A DNA stretch of 64,000 nucleotides from NCBI GenBank assembly GCA_904063045.1, contig CAJFCJ010000014.1, positions 868,001-932,000 of the forward strand, read 5' to 3'. The stretch comes from Dimorphilus gyrociliatus (Eukaryota > Animalia > Annelida). The notes beneath the pieces were generated by a model. It was not told where the DNA came from, did not search any database, and worked only from the letters and a program-made list of their open reading frames with translations. This document shows positions 1 to 12,090 of the stretch, in pieces (position 1 is the first letter of the stretch; every line of letters begins with the position of its first letter). A program made the translations under genes and the position numbers.

Positions 1-2756
1 TGATTGCTAGTAGTTACCAACGAACCATTAACCTATAAGGAAGAAGAAATAAAACAGATCTTTTAATTAAAAAACGTTTTTATAATATTTAAAAAATGTA
101 AAGAGAAAGAAAAAATTAGAGATAACTATTAAATTTTTATGCAAAATATAAATAAAACAATAATAATAACAAATGATTTAGATGGGAGAAGAAGGAATGG
201 TTTCTCTCGATTTTTGTTTTGTTTTTTTTGGGAATATTCTATTAAAAAAGTGGAAGGGAAATAAAAAATATGCTTTATATACTTTTCTTTTAGGAAAACC
301 CTACTAATGGATATTAAGTTTTTATTAATGTAAATAATATAACAGAATTTCGTAATATCTAGAAAATACTTTAGTATAGACCTGAGAAGCGAACGCCCAT
401 TATTTTATCAACTACGTTTTAAAAAAAACACTAACATAAAAAGACTTCCTAAGTTTGAAGAGAGAGAGAAAGAGAGAGAGTGAAAATCTTGCTTTTTTTT
501 ATAGGTTATATATCTATAAAAAGGAAAAGTGCCAGAAATCATTCATAGAACAATAATACAATTGTAGGCATAGATTTAGTCTAGAATTTTCATCCGAGTC
601 GTCATTGTTTTACGAGTACATTGTAAAGATACTAGGCTTATTTAGGTAGGTACGGAGCGGTGCCAAGCAGCGTTTGGTGACTCACCTTGATTATACGATC
701 ATTCTTCCTGATACCAGAACGATAGGCAGGTCCCTCTGTCGGGTAAAATTCGAATTAAAATACGTGGATTAAATATAAAAAAGTACACAAAACTCGATCG
801 ACTTTTTTACAACGTTAATGTTTGCTTTTGGTATATTTTATTCGATAATCCCGAATGTTTAAATTAGTTTTAAATATTCGCCAACTTAGAGAATAGCATA
901 AAATAACATTACCTTCTCTTACTGAGGCTACAAATACAGGTTTATCCCCAGTAACAGTTAACCCATAACCATTAGCCCTTTCGTCCCTCTTCAAAATAAC
1001 AGATCGTTGTATCAATTTTCTAGTTTCGTTGTCGAAACTTCTCGAATTACCACCAACTTCTAACCTGAGATTTTGAAAGAGAAATATGTGTAAAAATTAA
1101 TCAACCAGTCAGTCGTTTCCAAACTCGTTTGTTTGTACAATGTTAAATCGCCTAAACTATCGAATTTATTTAAACTATTCAGTTGTTTCGAATACGATAA
1201 GCTTAACGGTGCATCGCGGTTTTGATTGCATAGTCGATCAGTTGGCCGTTATTTCAGTATGCATAACCGATAAGATATTGATATATTGTCCATTAGACCA
1301 GTCCTGTCGGTAGTTATTGTTTTGTAGTTGATACGGTGACTGAATATCGATAAGCATCCCTCCAGGTTAAATTTTACGACTTAATTTAATCGATTATCGG
1401 TATTTTTCGATTAAATTGTAACTTACATACCGCGTAGGCGGTTTAAAGATACATGTCACCGAACCTCCAGAGAAATAGTGATGATTAATAAAACGAAGGG
1501 TGTTAATAGTGTAGAGAACTTTTTTGTTTCTTGTTGGGCGATATCCAAAGTAAATTGATTTTTGAGTGGCCTAAAACGCAATGTGTTACCGGATCCATTC
1601 TTAAAAAGTCCAATTATAATTCACCAGTTAGAATTAGCACAAAAAAACCAATAGGTAAGCGAAATCGCGAAAAAAAGCACACCTTTGACAGGGGTGGCGG
1701 CGGTCGAGTAGACTTTTACTTACCGTGATAAACTATCGCCAGCACCGACTAAACTATCCATAACTTTTGCCATCAAATCATCTATCACAGCCTAAAGGAT
1801 TTGATATCCATACGACGTTAACAACGTCAAAATTTTATCCTGTTTCAGCCGTTTAATCTTCGAAAATTCATTTTAAAATAACTTCATCTCTAGTTTTGAC
1901 CTACTTGAAACATCTGCAAATAAGTGCGAGCCTGCACTCTGCGAAATAACCAATCACGAATCGTCTTACAATTAAATTAAAGAGACTTGAAATTTCAGAA
2001 CAAATCAATATTTTCTATATGTTATTTCGATTATACAAATTTCTTTAAAACATTTTTAATAATAAAATACGAAAGTGTCAGTTAAATTCCACTTCCGGTT
2101 AGCGCGTAAATATGAACAATCTAAATTTTTGCAACGGCAGATTTTGCAGATTGCAAACTTTAGCCCGTACTTTCAGATAAACATTCCACGAAAGCCGATC
2201 GCCTGCGTAGCCCAACCTCGTATCCCTAGCAACGCAGTTGGTCGAACTTTCGTACCATTCTTTTTATTGCTCACACAATTACATGATATTATCAATAATT
2301 GTTAATTGGTCGATCGAATATGCATAGGCTAATCAGAGAGTAGTACTGTTCGACAAATATTACTAAATACAACCTAAAAATGCGGTGTACATGTGTAGAA
2401 AACCAAAGAAAAACAACAAACCCCTTCTGCCCGTTTTCCTCAGACCAAGACAAATAGCACCATTTGTTATCCAAATCTAAATCGAGTATTTTGTACGTTT
2501 GAGCTAGTATTTTATCTGGGCTCGAAGACCTAGTTCTTCGTGCAGTCCGCTCATATGTATATTTCCATTTTGTTTTGGGCCTAGACGGATTAGACGCCGG
2601 CGTCTCTTCCTCCGTTTTATGTCTTTGTACAGCCTCCTTTAGAACATTTAGTATCCCAGAATCATCCTTATCTAAATCTTCTATAGGAATCCGTACAGAG
2701 CCGGATTTGATCGACGACTTGTTCGAAGTAGATACCTCCTCGGAGGAAGACTCCAT
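1..2756 (-). CDS. ARHGEF11/12: PDZ-containing RhoGEF (ARHGEF11/12, RhoGEF2 family), 5' part only; runs off the left edge
   Basis: Spliced exons 913-1064, 686-735 and 1-32 have GT/AG borders and compatible phases. They give LIQRSVILKRDERANGYGLTVTGDKPVFVASVREEGPAYRSGIRKNDRIIKVNGSLVTTSNH, which matches the PDZ of LARG/PDZ-RhoGEF as I recall it (GDRIIKVNGTLVTHSNH). Two candidate phase-2 first exons: 1724-1773 and 2422-2756. RGS and DH/PH domains lie outside the window. Confidence 0.8.
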
Positions 2757-5586
2757 TAACGAAACTTTCGAAAGAACGGCATAGGACCGAATAGTGTAGG
2801 AAAAACTATGACTACGAGCGCCTCATTACGGCTGCTCATGATTATTCATATTTCTCAAGGCAGATGCTAGTATTTCCCTTTCGACTTTTCTTCTCAATGA
2901 AGGAAATCTTCAAGTTTAAGCATAGATATTTATGTAATAAAATCTGAGTTTCTACCCTCTGTATCTATGGTTGTTAAATTTTACTGTAAATCATGCGAAA
3001 TGCACTCCGCCAACTGAAGGAAAGTCGTAAAAACGAGAGTAGAATAAATAGTAACAGTAATATTTATTATAGGGCCGACAGATGAAACGATCCCCGTCAG
3101 GTTTAGCTATATAGGAAAAACTAGGAATTGCGTAATAAGTTTTTACATTGAAATATATAAATATCATAGGCCTATAATCGAGTGCAGACTGCGAGAATCG
3201 TAAATACCCCGAGAAGAACGAGGCGAACAGATTTCAGCACAGATAACGAACACAAAAACAACAAAGCTCCTCCAAGCGCCCACTCGATCTGCAAAGGAAA
3301 ACAACCCGCAAAATTTTTTTCGCTTTACTTTTTTCATAAAACTAGACAATTTCATCTTTATGTTACCAGTACACCATAAATAATAATAATGTACACATAT
3401 ACAATAAACAATTTTGCATAGACTGTACACACATCATATACGGTACACTATATTTTATTGTGTAGACCTAGATAAACACTTTGAACTAGACTTTTATAAA
3501 AAAAATCATATAATAATTGCATCAAAATGCTTATCTCTCTCTCTCTCTCTTTATATCTTCCCACTCATTTTCACTTCCCCAAAAATTCCTTATTTAACAT
3601 TTTCCATTCTGAATCACATAGTCAATTTAGATCCACTTTATCCGAAAGATGGCGTAAAGAATTATAAATTCTACCCAAAAGCTGAAAGAAAAAACGTGTT
3701 GTTGCATTTCAAAGTGTCTTTTAAGCTTATACAAATTACCCTTGAATTGACTAGTCTTCAACAGAATATTTGCGATTGTTAAAACCAATGAAAACTAGAT
3801 TCTAATGCAGAATGAAAAGGGATAGCATTGTAGAAAAAAATCAGTACAAATTCTTTAAGTAAACATCTTTAATTGAATAATACGTTATAACTATGAATAG
3901 AGTGGGTGGATGATAGTCTACTGGGGTAAAATGAACAAGATAATAGCCAGAATTTGTACCGAAAAAGGATGTTTTTCCAAAATAAATAAGCATTTTCGTA
4001 CTACTTTGAATAGATTTACTTGGTATTAAATTATTATTAAATCGTGTAATAAATCAATTAGACTTTTCGTTTTTGATTTGAAAAATGATATAATATGAAT
4101 TATTGTACTAATGGATATGCAAAAATCTTCTATAGATGGCGTAACTGTCCAAAGTTGTTAAAAGGTAGATAGATGTGAAAAGCACGAGAAAATAGGAGCG
4201 AGAGGGAAAAAAAAGCTGTAGTAGTATCCCTAGAGAATGCGTTATTATGATATTTTTTCCATACAGTTCCCGTGAGATACTTTTTTCTTTCTTTAGGGTT
4301 CTCCCTCTTTTTCAATGGAAATAAAGGGAGAAGCTACGTAGGCTAGATAATTAGTAGATGCCCTTTCTTACGTCATAGACCACCAGCTCCCTCTCCCCCC
4401 CCACTTATCTCTATTTAGAGTCTCATCATCTATACGTGTAGTAGCTTTATCACCTAAAGGAGTGTGAAGCTAATAAATATATCTTATTAAGAAGGATTTA
4501 TAATGATTTCTTTTTTCAGAGACATTTCTGATCCAGATACAACTCCTACTTCTCTTTATAAGTATCTCTTACAGTCTATTTATGGGTTAAACCTATTAAC
4601 GAAATGTAATATCTTGTGGTTGAGCGCCATCTGTTATTTCCTAAATACAAATATATCATATTCCGTCATGAGAAGGGTTTTCATAAGAATAAAATATTAT
4701 ATAATAGTAAATATAGGGTTTAAATAGATATAAACCGTATAGTAAACTTCTATCTGTAAAGTCTACGTGTAGCAACTATGCAGGATAAACATAGAATCGA
4801 TATTACGTATGTCAAAAATTCTTAACCGCAATAATAAGCGTCGATTTAAGGAGGGAGAAAACGAGATATTTAGAAAGTATTGAAATAAATGAATAGATTC
4901 ATAAAGAACTTGAATAATTATTACCCAATCCAGTCCCATTCTCACCTTTCACCCGAATTATCAAGCTTGCCAATCTGGGTAGAACGCAAACTGCACGTCG
5001 AGAAATTCAATACGGCGTTCAAAAGCGGTTATTATTCAATCAATTCTTCCCACTCTCCGGTGCATTACTGACCGATTCTTATCATTCCCTTTTCTTCCAC
5101 CAACTTATTTCTAATCAAGTCTTTAATTGTTATACTTTTTCTTTTATCCCATGCTGTTCAATCTATTTCTTTCTATATTATAATAAATCGAACATAGTAT
5201 TGTTATTATTAGCATCGTAACTATTCTCTCGAACCGAGGAAATTGCTCATTAAGGCGTTAGGTAAACTTATTAATATTCATGAGGGATAAAGGGGGAAGG
5301 GAGGGAAGTGCAGGAAAATACAGAAAAGGCTGTATAGACAGGCGTCTCGCCAAATAGACGTCCGCGCAACGATCGCAACTGCTATTCGGCTAATGAAGAG
5401 ACGTCGGATCGAGTGACGTTTTATGAGAAATGTTAATTCGATTAGTCGCTTTTGTCTGTCTTTTTCTCTATTTTCTGCATGTCTATGATAAAATTGTACA
5501 TCTATTGAAAGGCAGCAATGAATAATACTTTTATTTATATTTATATTCAGTATATGCAACTTTGTACCCATATACATGTATACACT

Positions 5587-5646
5587 ATACATATAAATAT
5601 ATATATATATATATCTATATATATATATAATATATATATATGTATA
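5587..5646. repeat. Interrupted (TA)n microsatellite
   Basis: Read directly. Similar tracts at 6746-6776, 12396-12421, 61826-61851, 62678-62711, 63396-63471 and 63637-63664. Confidence 0.95.
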
Positions 5647-6744
5647 TCTCTTTTTGTCACAAAACTATACTTTAATTTTTAGCTTGAGTTTGTCACGTGA
5701 TTACACAGTGAAAATCGTAAAAGCGGGAGTTTGTCTGTAATTATAGCTAGATTATAATATAGAACGATTGGGTCGTTTGCCTGAGGCGGGTGTTTATAAA
5801 CTCGATGACCCAGTTTTTCTTCATTATTATTACTAATTTTTTAGCAAAAACCTGCCTAACGTTATAACGGAGGGAAAGAAAACAACCTTTTAAAGGTTTT
5901 AAAGGTCGGCTTTTTGTGCAAAATGGTCGATATAGAAAACGAGAAGCAGATGGAACCATCAAAAGGCAGCAGACACATTGATAATGACTAGGCTCAGGTG
6001 ACTAGCTTCATATTTCAATATTGGAAAGTCGACGCCTTCCGCCATGTTGCAGTGTAAGCCGACTCTCACCATGTACAGTTTGCCCGATAGAGAACAAGCT
6101 TAGGTAGTTTTCACCGTCGTATTTATCGTTTGCTAAACAACAGAGAACGCCCCGGCCACCCTCAGGCTAGCCAACTTCAAAGAGTTTCTTTTCGGTAACG
6201 CCCCATCATGTAGCGTCAATTAAGCTTTGTTTTTTTTCTCAACAATTAACCTAGCAGAATAAGAAACTGCGCATTTTATTCTCATTCCCTAAGTGCCGCT
6301 CTTTCGTGAAGCTATCAGAGTAAAAAAATCTCTGCAGTAACCTTTCCCCCCACCTACCAACTAATTCATAAAATGTTTACTCGTTTGTACACGCGTCAAA
6401 TGCGTAATGGCCGGCGTCTACATACTGAGCTCGTATGCGTGCCTGTGTCGTGTCAACTAGTGCTTACGTCACGACAGTTTGTCAAAGGGAAGTGTACCTA
6501 ATGAGCGCTCACGCACCGCAGCGTTTGTACATTTTGTAGCTTTATGTGTTTGGGTAATCATACCATGGATATATTTATAAATAAAATAAAGAAATGTACC
6601 AAAACATGATTTTATAATATTGAATATTTAAAGCGAAAATTGTATTATTTTCACAAATGCAGGATAACTGCAAAACATAACGTAAAAAATACCTAAAAGG
6701 AAACACCATATCAACATAAACATTGAGAATATTTAAAATTTATA

Positions 6745-6781
<37 letters not shown>

Positions 6782-7168
6782 AGAAATTTACAAATCCAAT
6801 AAGGATATTTAAAATAATAAAAAAAAAAAAACTGTATAATACGCATGCGCTGAACGCCGTTCTCATGACTTAAACCCGATCCAAAAGACACGAACACGAA
6901 TTTTGACAGGGCGCTAAGCCTTGCGAAAGTCGTTGGAAATTGAAAAACATTAACGGAGGCGAGTTTACGGAACGTGTCAGCAATTTGTCAGCAGACGAAA
7001 AAAAAACTTCTCTCTTTTCTCTATTTTTTTCAAAAGAATCTTCTATATAGAGATTATTATTTTTCTATTCACGTACACTAAAAATGTCTGTTTTTTTAGG
7101 AAACTGATTTCGTTTCAGGACCCTCCCACCCCCAACAACTCCTTGGGAAATATTATTATGAATGAATG

Positions 7169-9303
7169 TTAGATAGGATTAGGCCCAACCTGTTCTAGTA
7201 CGTGATGGCGTTCTTGTTCGTAATGAGGATGGTGAGTTGGATGGTAAGGCAGATGATGCTCATTCTTTACCAGGTTCAGCGTCATGTTTAAGTGAGCGTC
7301 TTCGAAAAGTTTGTTCACAAGATTCGGATGATATTTGGCGTCGGCGAAGACGTGGCACGGATTCGGGTTAGAAACCTGGTGGCATAACGATTGAGCGTAG
7401 TTGTTGTACTCTTCCACGTTCCCGTTTGCCGTCGACGATTCAATACTGTTGTCGTAATTGAAAATCGATTTTAAAATAGACCGTCTTAAATAAACAGTCG
7501 ACCGGATCTTAATAAAGACTGACACTTTCATTAAACGCGACTGTTCATGTGCGATGTTCAATTCTCAAACATTCCGCACGCTCGGGTGAAATCGGGTGGC
7601 AAAAAGTCGCCTTTTATTCTCGCTTTTCTCAATAAGGTCCTTGTTAAAGGCCTATATGTAGACATATTATCAACATAAACTATTTTCGATGATAAAGTTC
7701 TATTAAATGTATACACCATTTATAGCATTTATAAATCCTACTTGAAAAACTTTATCCCTAAGATATTATACATAAATGTCTACGAATATTTATAATCTCT
7801 ATAACAACTGTATAAATCCTACATACATCAAAAGAATCGGCCCCCCCCAATTCTATAAATCATCATTCCCTACTCGATATATAAAACAAAGAGGGCGGAT
7901 AATACCGCACCTGTCGAGCAGATTTAAATTTCTTTTACGTACTCTATAATGCAGTTCCTAAGTATTTTACGCATTAATTTACATATTTAATTAGTTTTCC
8001 AGTTTTTAACATGGTTTTATATGAACTACAGGTACAATTGATTCCATTTTTCCTATCTTTTCTTACCTATTATACCAGTTCAAAATTTTTAAATATTCGT
8101 AAATATGACTGGATAAACAGATTTCCTATTTGGAATGTAAAATGCTCTGGTATGATTCTAGTTTATCTATTTATAGAAGATGACTTATGTAAGACGTTTT
8201 AAGGCGGAGCTTTTGAGGTGCCGCGTGCTGGTTTGTTTTCGATGTATACTGACACCAAAGGAGAGGTTACATACGGAAAGAGTTTAGCTAAAGGACCAGT
8301 TGGTTTTCTTTCTCTTTCATTTATATTTTATTATCTTTACTTTCGCACACCAGGAAAAATATGTAAACTTTCTTTCACTTCATTACTTAAGCCTATAGTG
8401 CATGTAGTTTCTGATAAAAGGTAGGTGTACTTATCTGGTCGAGTGTGGAAAACAATGCGGAAAGGGGGTCGATTTCCGGAGGGACTTTTATTACGCTTTT
8501 GAATTCTTATCTAATAGCGCCCTATCTCGATTGATAAGGGAGTTTTTCGGCTCGTTTTTTCTAAGGCGTTTTGTTTTAATACGAATTCATTATACTTACG
8601 ATTGAGCGTAACGGCAGTGAGCGGACGGGAGATGAGGTTGCGGCGATGGTCGATCCCTTTGGCGACGATTTTTGAACCAGTTTGATACCTGCGTTAAAGT
8701 AAGACCCGTCTTCTTTGCCAAGCCTCTCTTTTCGTCTGGAGTTGGGTAACGGTTTGTCTGATAGCTGTCCTTGAGGAGTTGTCTCGATTTTTCTTTAAAA
8801 CAATAGACAGTCTCCTCTCCATCCCATATTGTCTTCGGTAGGGGGTACTTACGTCTAAGACGATACTTATCAACCGCTCCCAGCGGCCGACCCCTGATCT
8901 TTTGCGCTTCCATGTAGTGGGCTTTGTACCACATGTCTTGAAGGACAGTGTGGTTTGAAGCGTCAAATTGATGATTCTCTAAAATAGCATACAACTCGGG
9001 AAATTTACCACGATGGAAGGCAACCGTTGCACGGGCTTTCAAAACCGCTTCGGAACCTCTTAGTAATTCATTTGGCGGTAAAGACCAGAGAAAAGCATTG
9101 AGACGGTCGATTTTTTTGGATTGCGTAAGTGCTTCACAGACGCATGCCACTTGCTCTGGTGAAAACGTTCTCGTCTTTTCGTCTATGCGTTGATCTTCGC
9201 ATTCTCCTAACTCATTAATTAATTTTAGCCGTTCCGAACTATCGTCTCCATTGGCAGGGGATGGTGTTGAAGAGGATGAACGACTCTCCTCCATCGTCGA
9301 CAT
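7169..9303 (-). CDS. SIX4/5: SIX4/5-class homeobox transcription factor
   Basis: ORF 8596-9303 contains the SIX domain ([13 protein letters not shown]...[16 protein letters not shown]) and a homeodomain with the Six4/5-diagnostic ETVY tetrapeptide ([15 protein letters not shown]...[11 protein letters not shown]). A phase-2 donor GTAAGT after 8600 fits an acceptor at 7484, giving a His-rich terminal exon 7169-7484 (exon 2 less certain). Confidence 0.95.
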
Positions 9304-12090
9304 TTTGCCGTATGCTGTTACGACGTGCGAGAGGTCACGCCTTACTTATTATGCGCTTTGCGCTGATTGGTCGATTCTAGCCAATAAGCTTTCGTCAGAT
9401 ATTTTATTCCAAAAAACGGTTGATGAAAAGGCATCAACTCCCAACTGGGTCAGCGCCTAGTGTTAATAATAATTGCTTTTAGTTTGAATAGAAAGGCCGC
9501 CCTCGGCTGAAAAAAATCGTCCCTCATGCTCCTTCTGCTAAAGTAAAAAAAATGACTATTCGTATTCACACGCATAGCTCAGTAATAATTCCAGCGAAAA
9601 TTAAATACACAATGAAATAGTAGACGACCAAGTCGGCTAGGCCAAGATAAGGCGTAGGGAACGAGAGACGGTGTTTACTAAAAATCCTCGACTTGTTTGC
9701 GTATTTTATTCCATTTTCGGAGAGAAAATAAGATAGAGAAAAAAATTTAAAAAGAAAAAAAAAAAAAGAGAGAGAGAGAGAGAGAGAAAAGAATCTAATG
9801 TTTCTTATCAATTTTTTAAATAGTCTCTTTTTATTAAAAGAAATATTAAAAACAACGACGAAAAATGCAGAGAGAGAGGTTTTTTTTCTTTGCGCGTGTT
9901 GTTATATTGTTCTTTCCTTAAACAGTGCACATTTCCAACGCAAATATTGACGTTTTTGCGTGCACCACCAGATTAAGCTTTCAAAATTCTTGGAATGTTA
10001 TCGAAACGTAGTTTTTGCTGCCGGCTTAAATGTTCAACATTCGAATATTCATAGCGACGAGTGAGCTGAGAAGGAAGAGAGATCAGAATGTCAGGATTTT
10101 AGCGAATGTTTGATTGTGGATCTAAGTCTGTGTGTATGCAAGAATTTTCTGGCACAGAAGAAAGAGCAGATAGAGAAGAAGAGAAAATATCCACGAAGTG
10201 ACATAGATTCAACATTTGCTATGTTATTAATAAAGATATTCGGTGTAGTAAAATGATCTAGCAATAAACAACTGATTACGTAATATGTATAGTGTCGGAG
10301 CTTGTATAAAAATCGTGGGTAAACATAGTCGGGGGCAGCACTCACATTAATCGACAAACAAAAAGGTGGGTAGCCACGCGCAGGTGTCTACGTCAGGATG
10401 ACAAACAAGAAATTAGAGCGTGCCAGCTATACAATGACAAACAACGAACGACGGACTGAAATATGATAGATATTTAGCCTCATTCATTTAGCGCCGCCAT
10501 TCAACACCTACCATCGTCCCGGCTCGTTTGTATTCGTTTGTATATGTCGTGTTTGTGCTCTTTTTTTACCTGTATATCGTCGTCGACACGCGTCGACGTA
10601 ATGTAACGCCGCGAACGGAATGCGCATCATGATTACGAATTCCTTTAACGAGACACCTTGTTTTGTTCTGTTTAGAAACGAAAAACGATACTGTGTATAA
10701 CCGACAGCAAAACTGCAACAATACATCGCGCACCTGCAATACATGACTGAAGGGCGGCTGGAAAATCCGGCGTTCTATACCTTTTCCTATACTTTTCAAC
10801 GGCTAGAACATCAAAGGTTCACGTGGGCGTAGACGTATGCTTCGCGTGACAAACGACTCTACGCATATAATGCTAATTGATTTCTCCTCCAATCCCGGTC
10901 TAGACGAACCTCTCTCTGGAATAAATTTGATTAGATCGCTTGCATAACTTTCGTGTTGATACGTCAAAAAACTGGAATAACCTTTATTCCCTGAACCACG
11001 CCCCGATAGCGTGTAGCTCTTTGGCGGCATGTTTGTCTTGTGAAGATAAGCATCAAGCGACCGATAAGGACGGGGCTCAAAGAAAGTTAGGGACAAAAAA
11101 TAAAAGAGAACAAATGAGTGTGAGGGCGATAGAGTGAAAGAAAAACGACGATCCGACATTCATTAGTAAATGACGTCCTCTTCAAAAGAAAGAAAGAATT
11201 GGACAGATGCGGAAACGTCTCCAAATCGTGTCCTACTCAGGTGTCGTCCTATCTGTAGAGTCACGCTCCTGTTAATAAGCTAACCTATACAACATATAGA
11301 GACATTCGGTCACGCTTGTTGCAGTTGTTGCAGGTGGGGCGTTAATCGGCTAAACATCATAAATGCATAGAATTTCTTCGAGCACGTCATTGTTCTATCT
11401 CCGGGGGCTACGTACTCGCGGCTCGAGTTTCGCCCGATTAGCGCAGATTTAGCGCACATAAAACGACCGCTGTCGGAGACGGTCTTTAATTCGAAATTAT
11501 TCCGCAGATGCCGGTCTGGGCGTCTCTCGAGAGTGAAAGCGTCTACGATTTTGTCGTCAAACATTTCTCTCCCGGCATCGGACTATTCTACGACTACCGG
11601 CTATACGAGTGTCATGTCCGGAGCGGTCGTTAAATTATAGGGAAAAATTTGAAAAGGAGGAGTCGAAGTAATTGGCTTGATGAAGAGATAGCGGTGAGCT
11701 GCGGGGCCACCTGGCGGTTCTTCCTCTTTCTCGCCTTATTACGGTGCGCCGAACGTTTGATGTAAGCGGAAAGTGACGTCAACATAACTTATATGATGTA
11801 ATTAGCTCTTGTGCCAATAATTATACGCATACGGAGTCATCTTCACTCTTTATGTTATCTTTTTTAAAGTAGATCTATTTGTAACCTTCCTTTATATTTA
11901 AGTTTTTTTTTGGCGTACAAAAGTAAATAGAAGAAGAAAAAAAAATATAAGAAGTCGTCTCTGCTAGCAGTTTTTTCTTTTCCTTTTCTTACTTTTCTCT
12001 CTATTCTTCATCTTCTTTTGTCTTTCTTTCTATCTTTTCAGTCTTTCATTGTTGTTTTTATTATTGTTATATTTTAAAATTTTCAATACG

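Noticed and set aside
1783-1792. TATCACAGCC, identical to the 5' end of miR-2/miR-13 family mature sequences
   Set aside because: Only 10 nt match. The motif sits in the loop of a short CATCAAATC/GATTTGAT stem rather than on a hairpin arm.
2455-2466. TAGCACCATTTG, identical to the first 12 nt of miR-29
   Set aside because: The 3' half does not match, there is no precursor-length hairpin, and it is antisense to a probable coding exon.
3164-5962. Several 60-122 aa ORFs between the RhoGEF and Six4/5
   Set aside because: No recognisable domains, low-complexity composition, mostly non-ATG starts, and no consistent splice chain.
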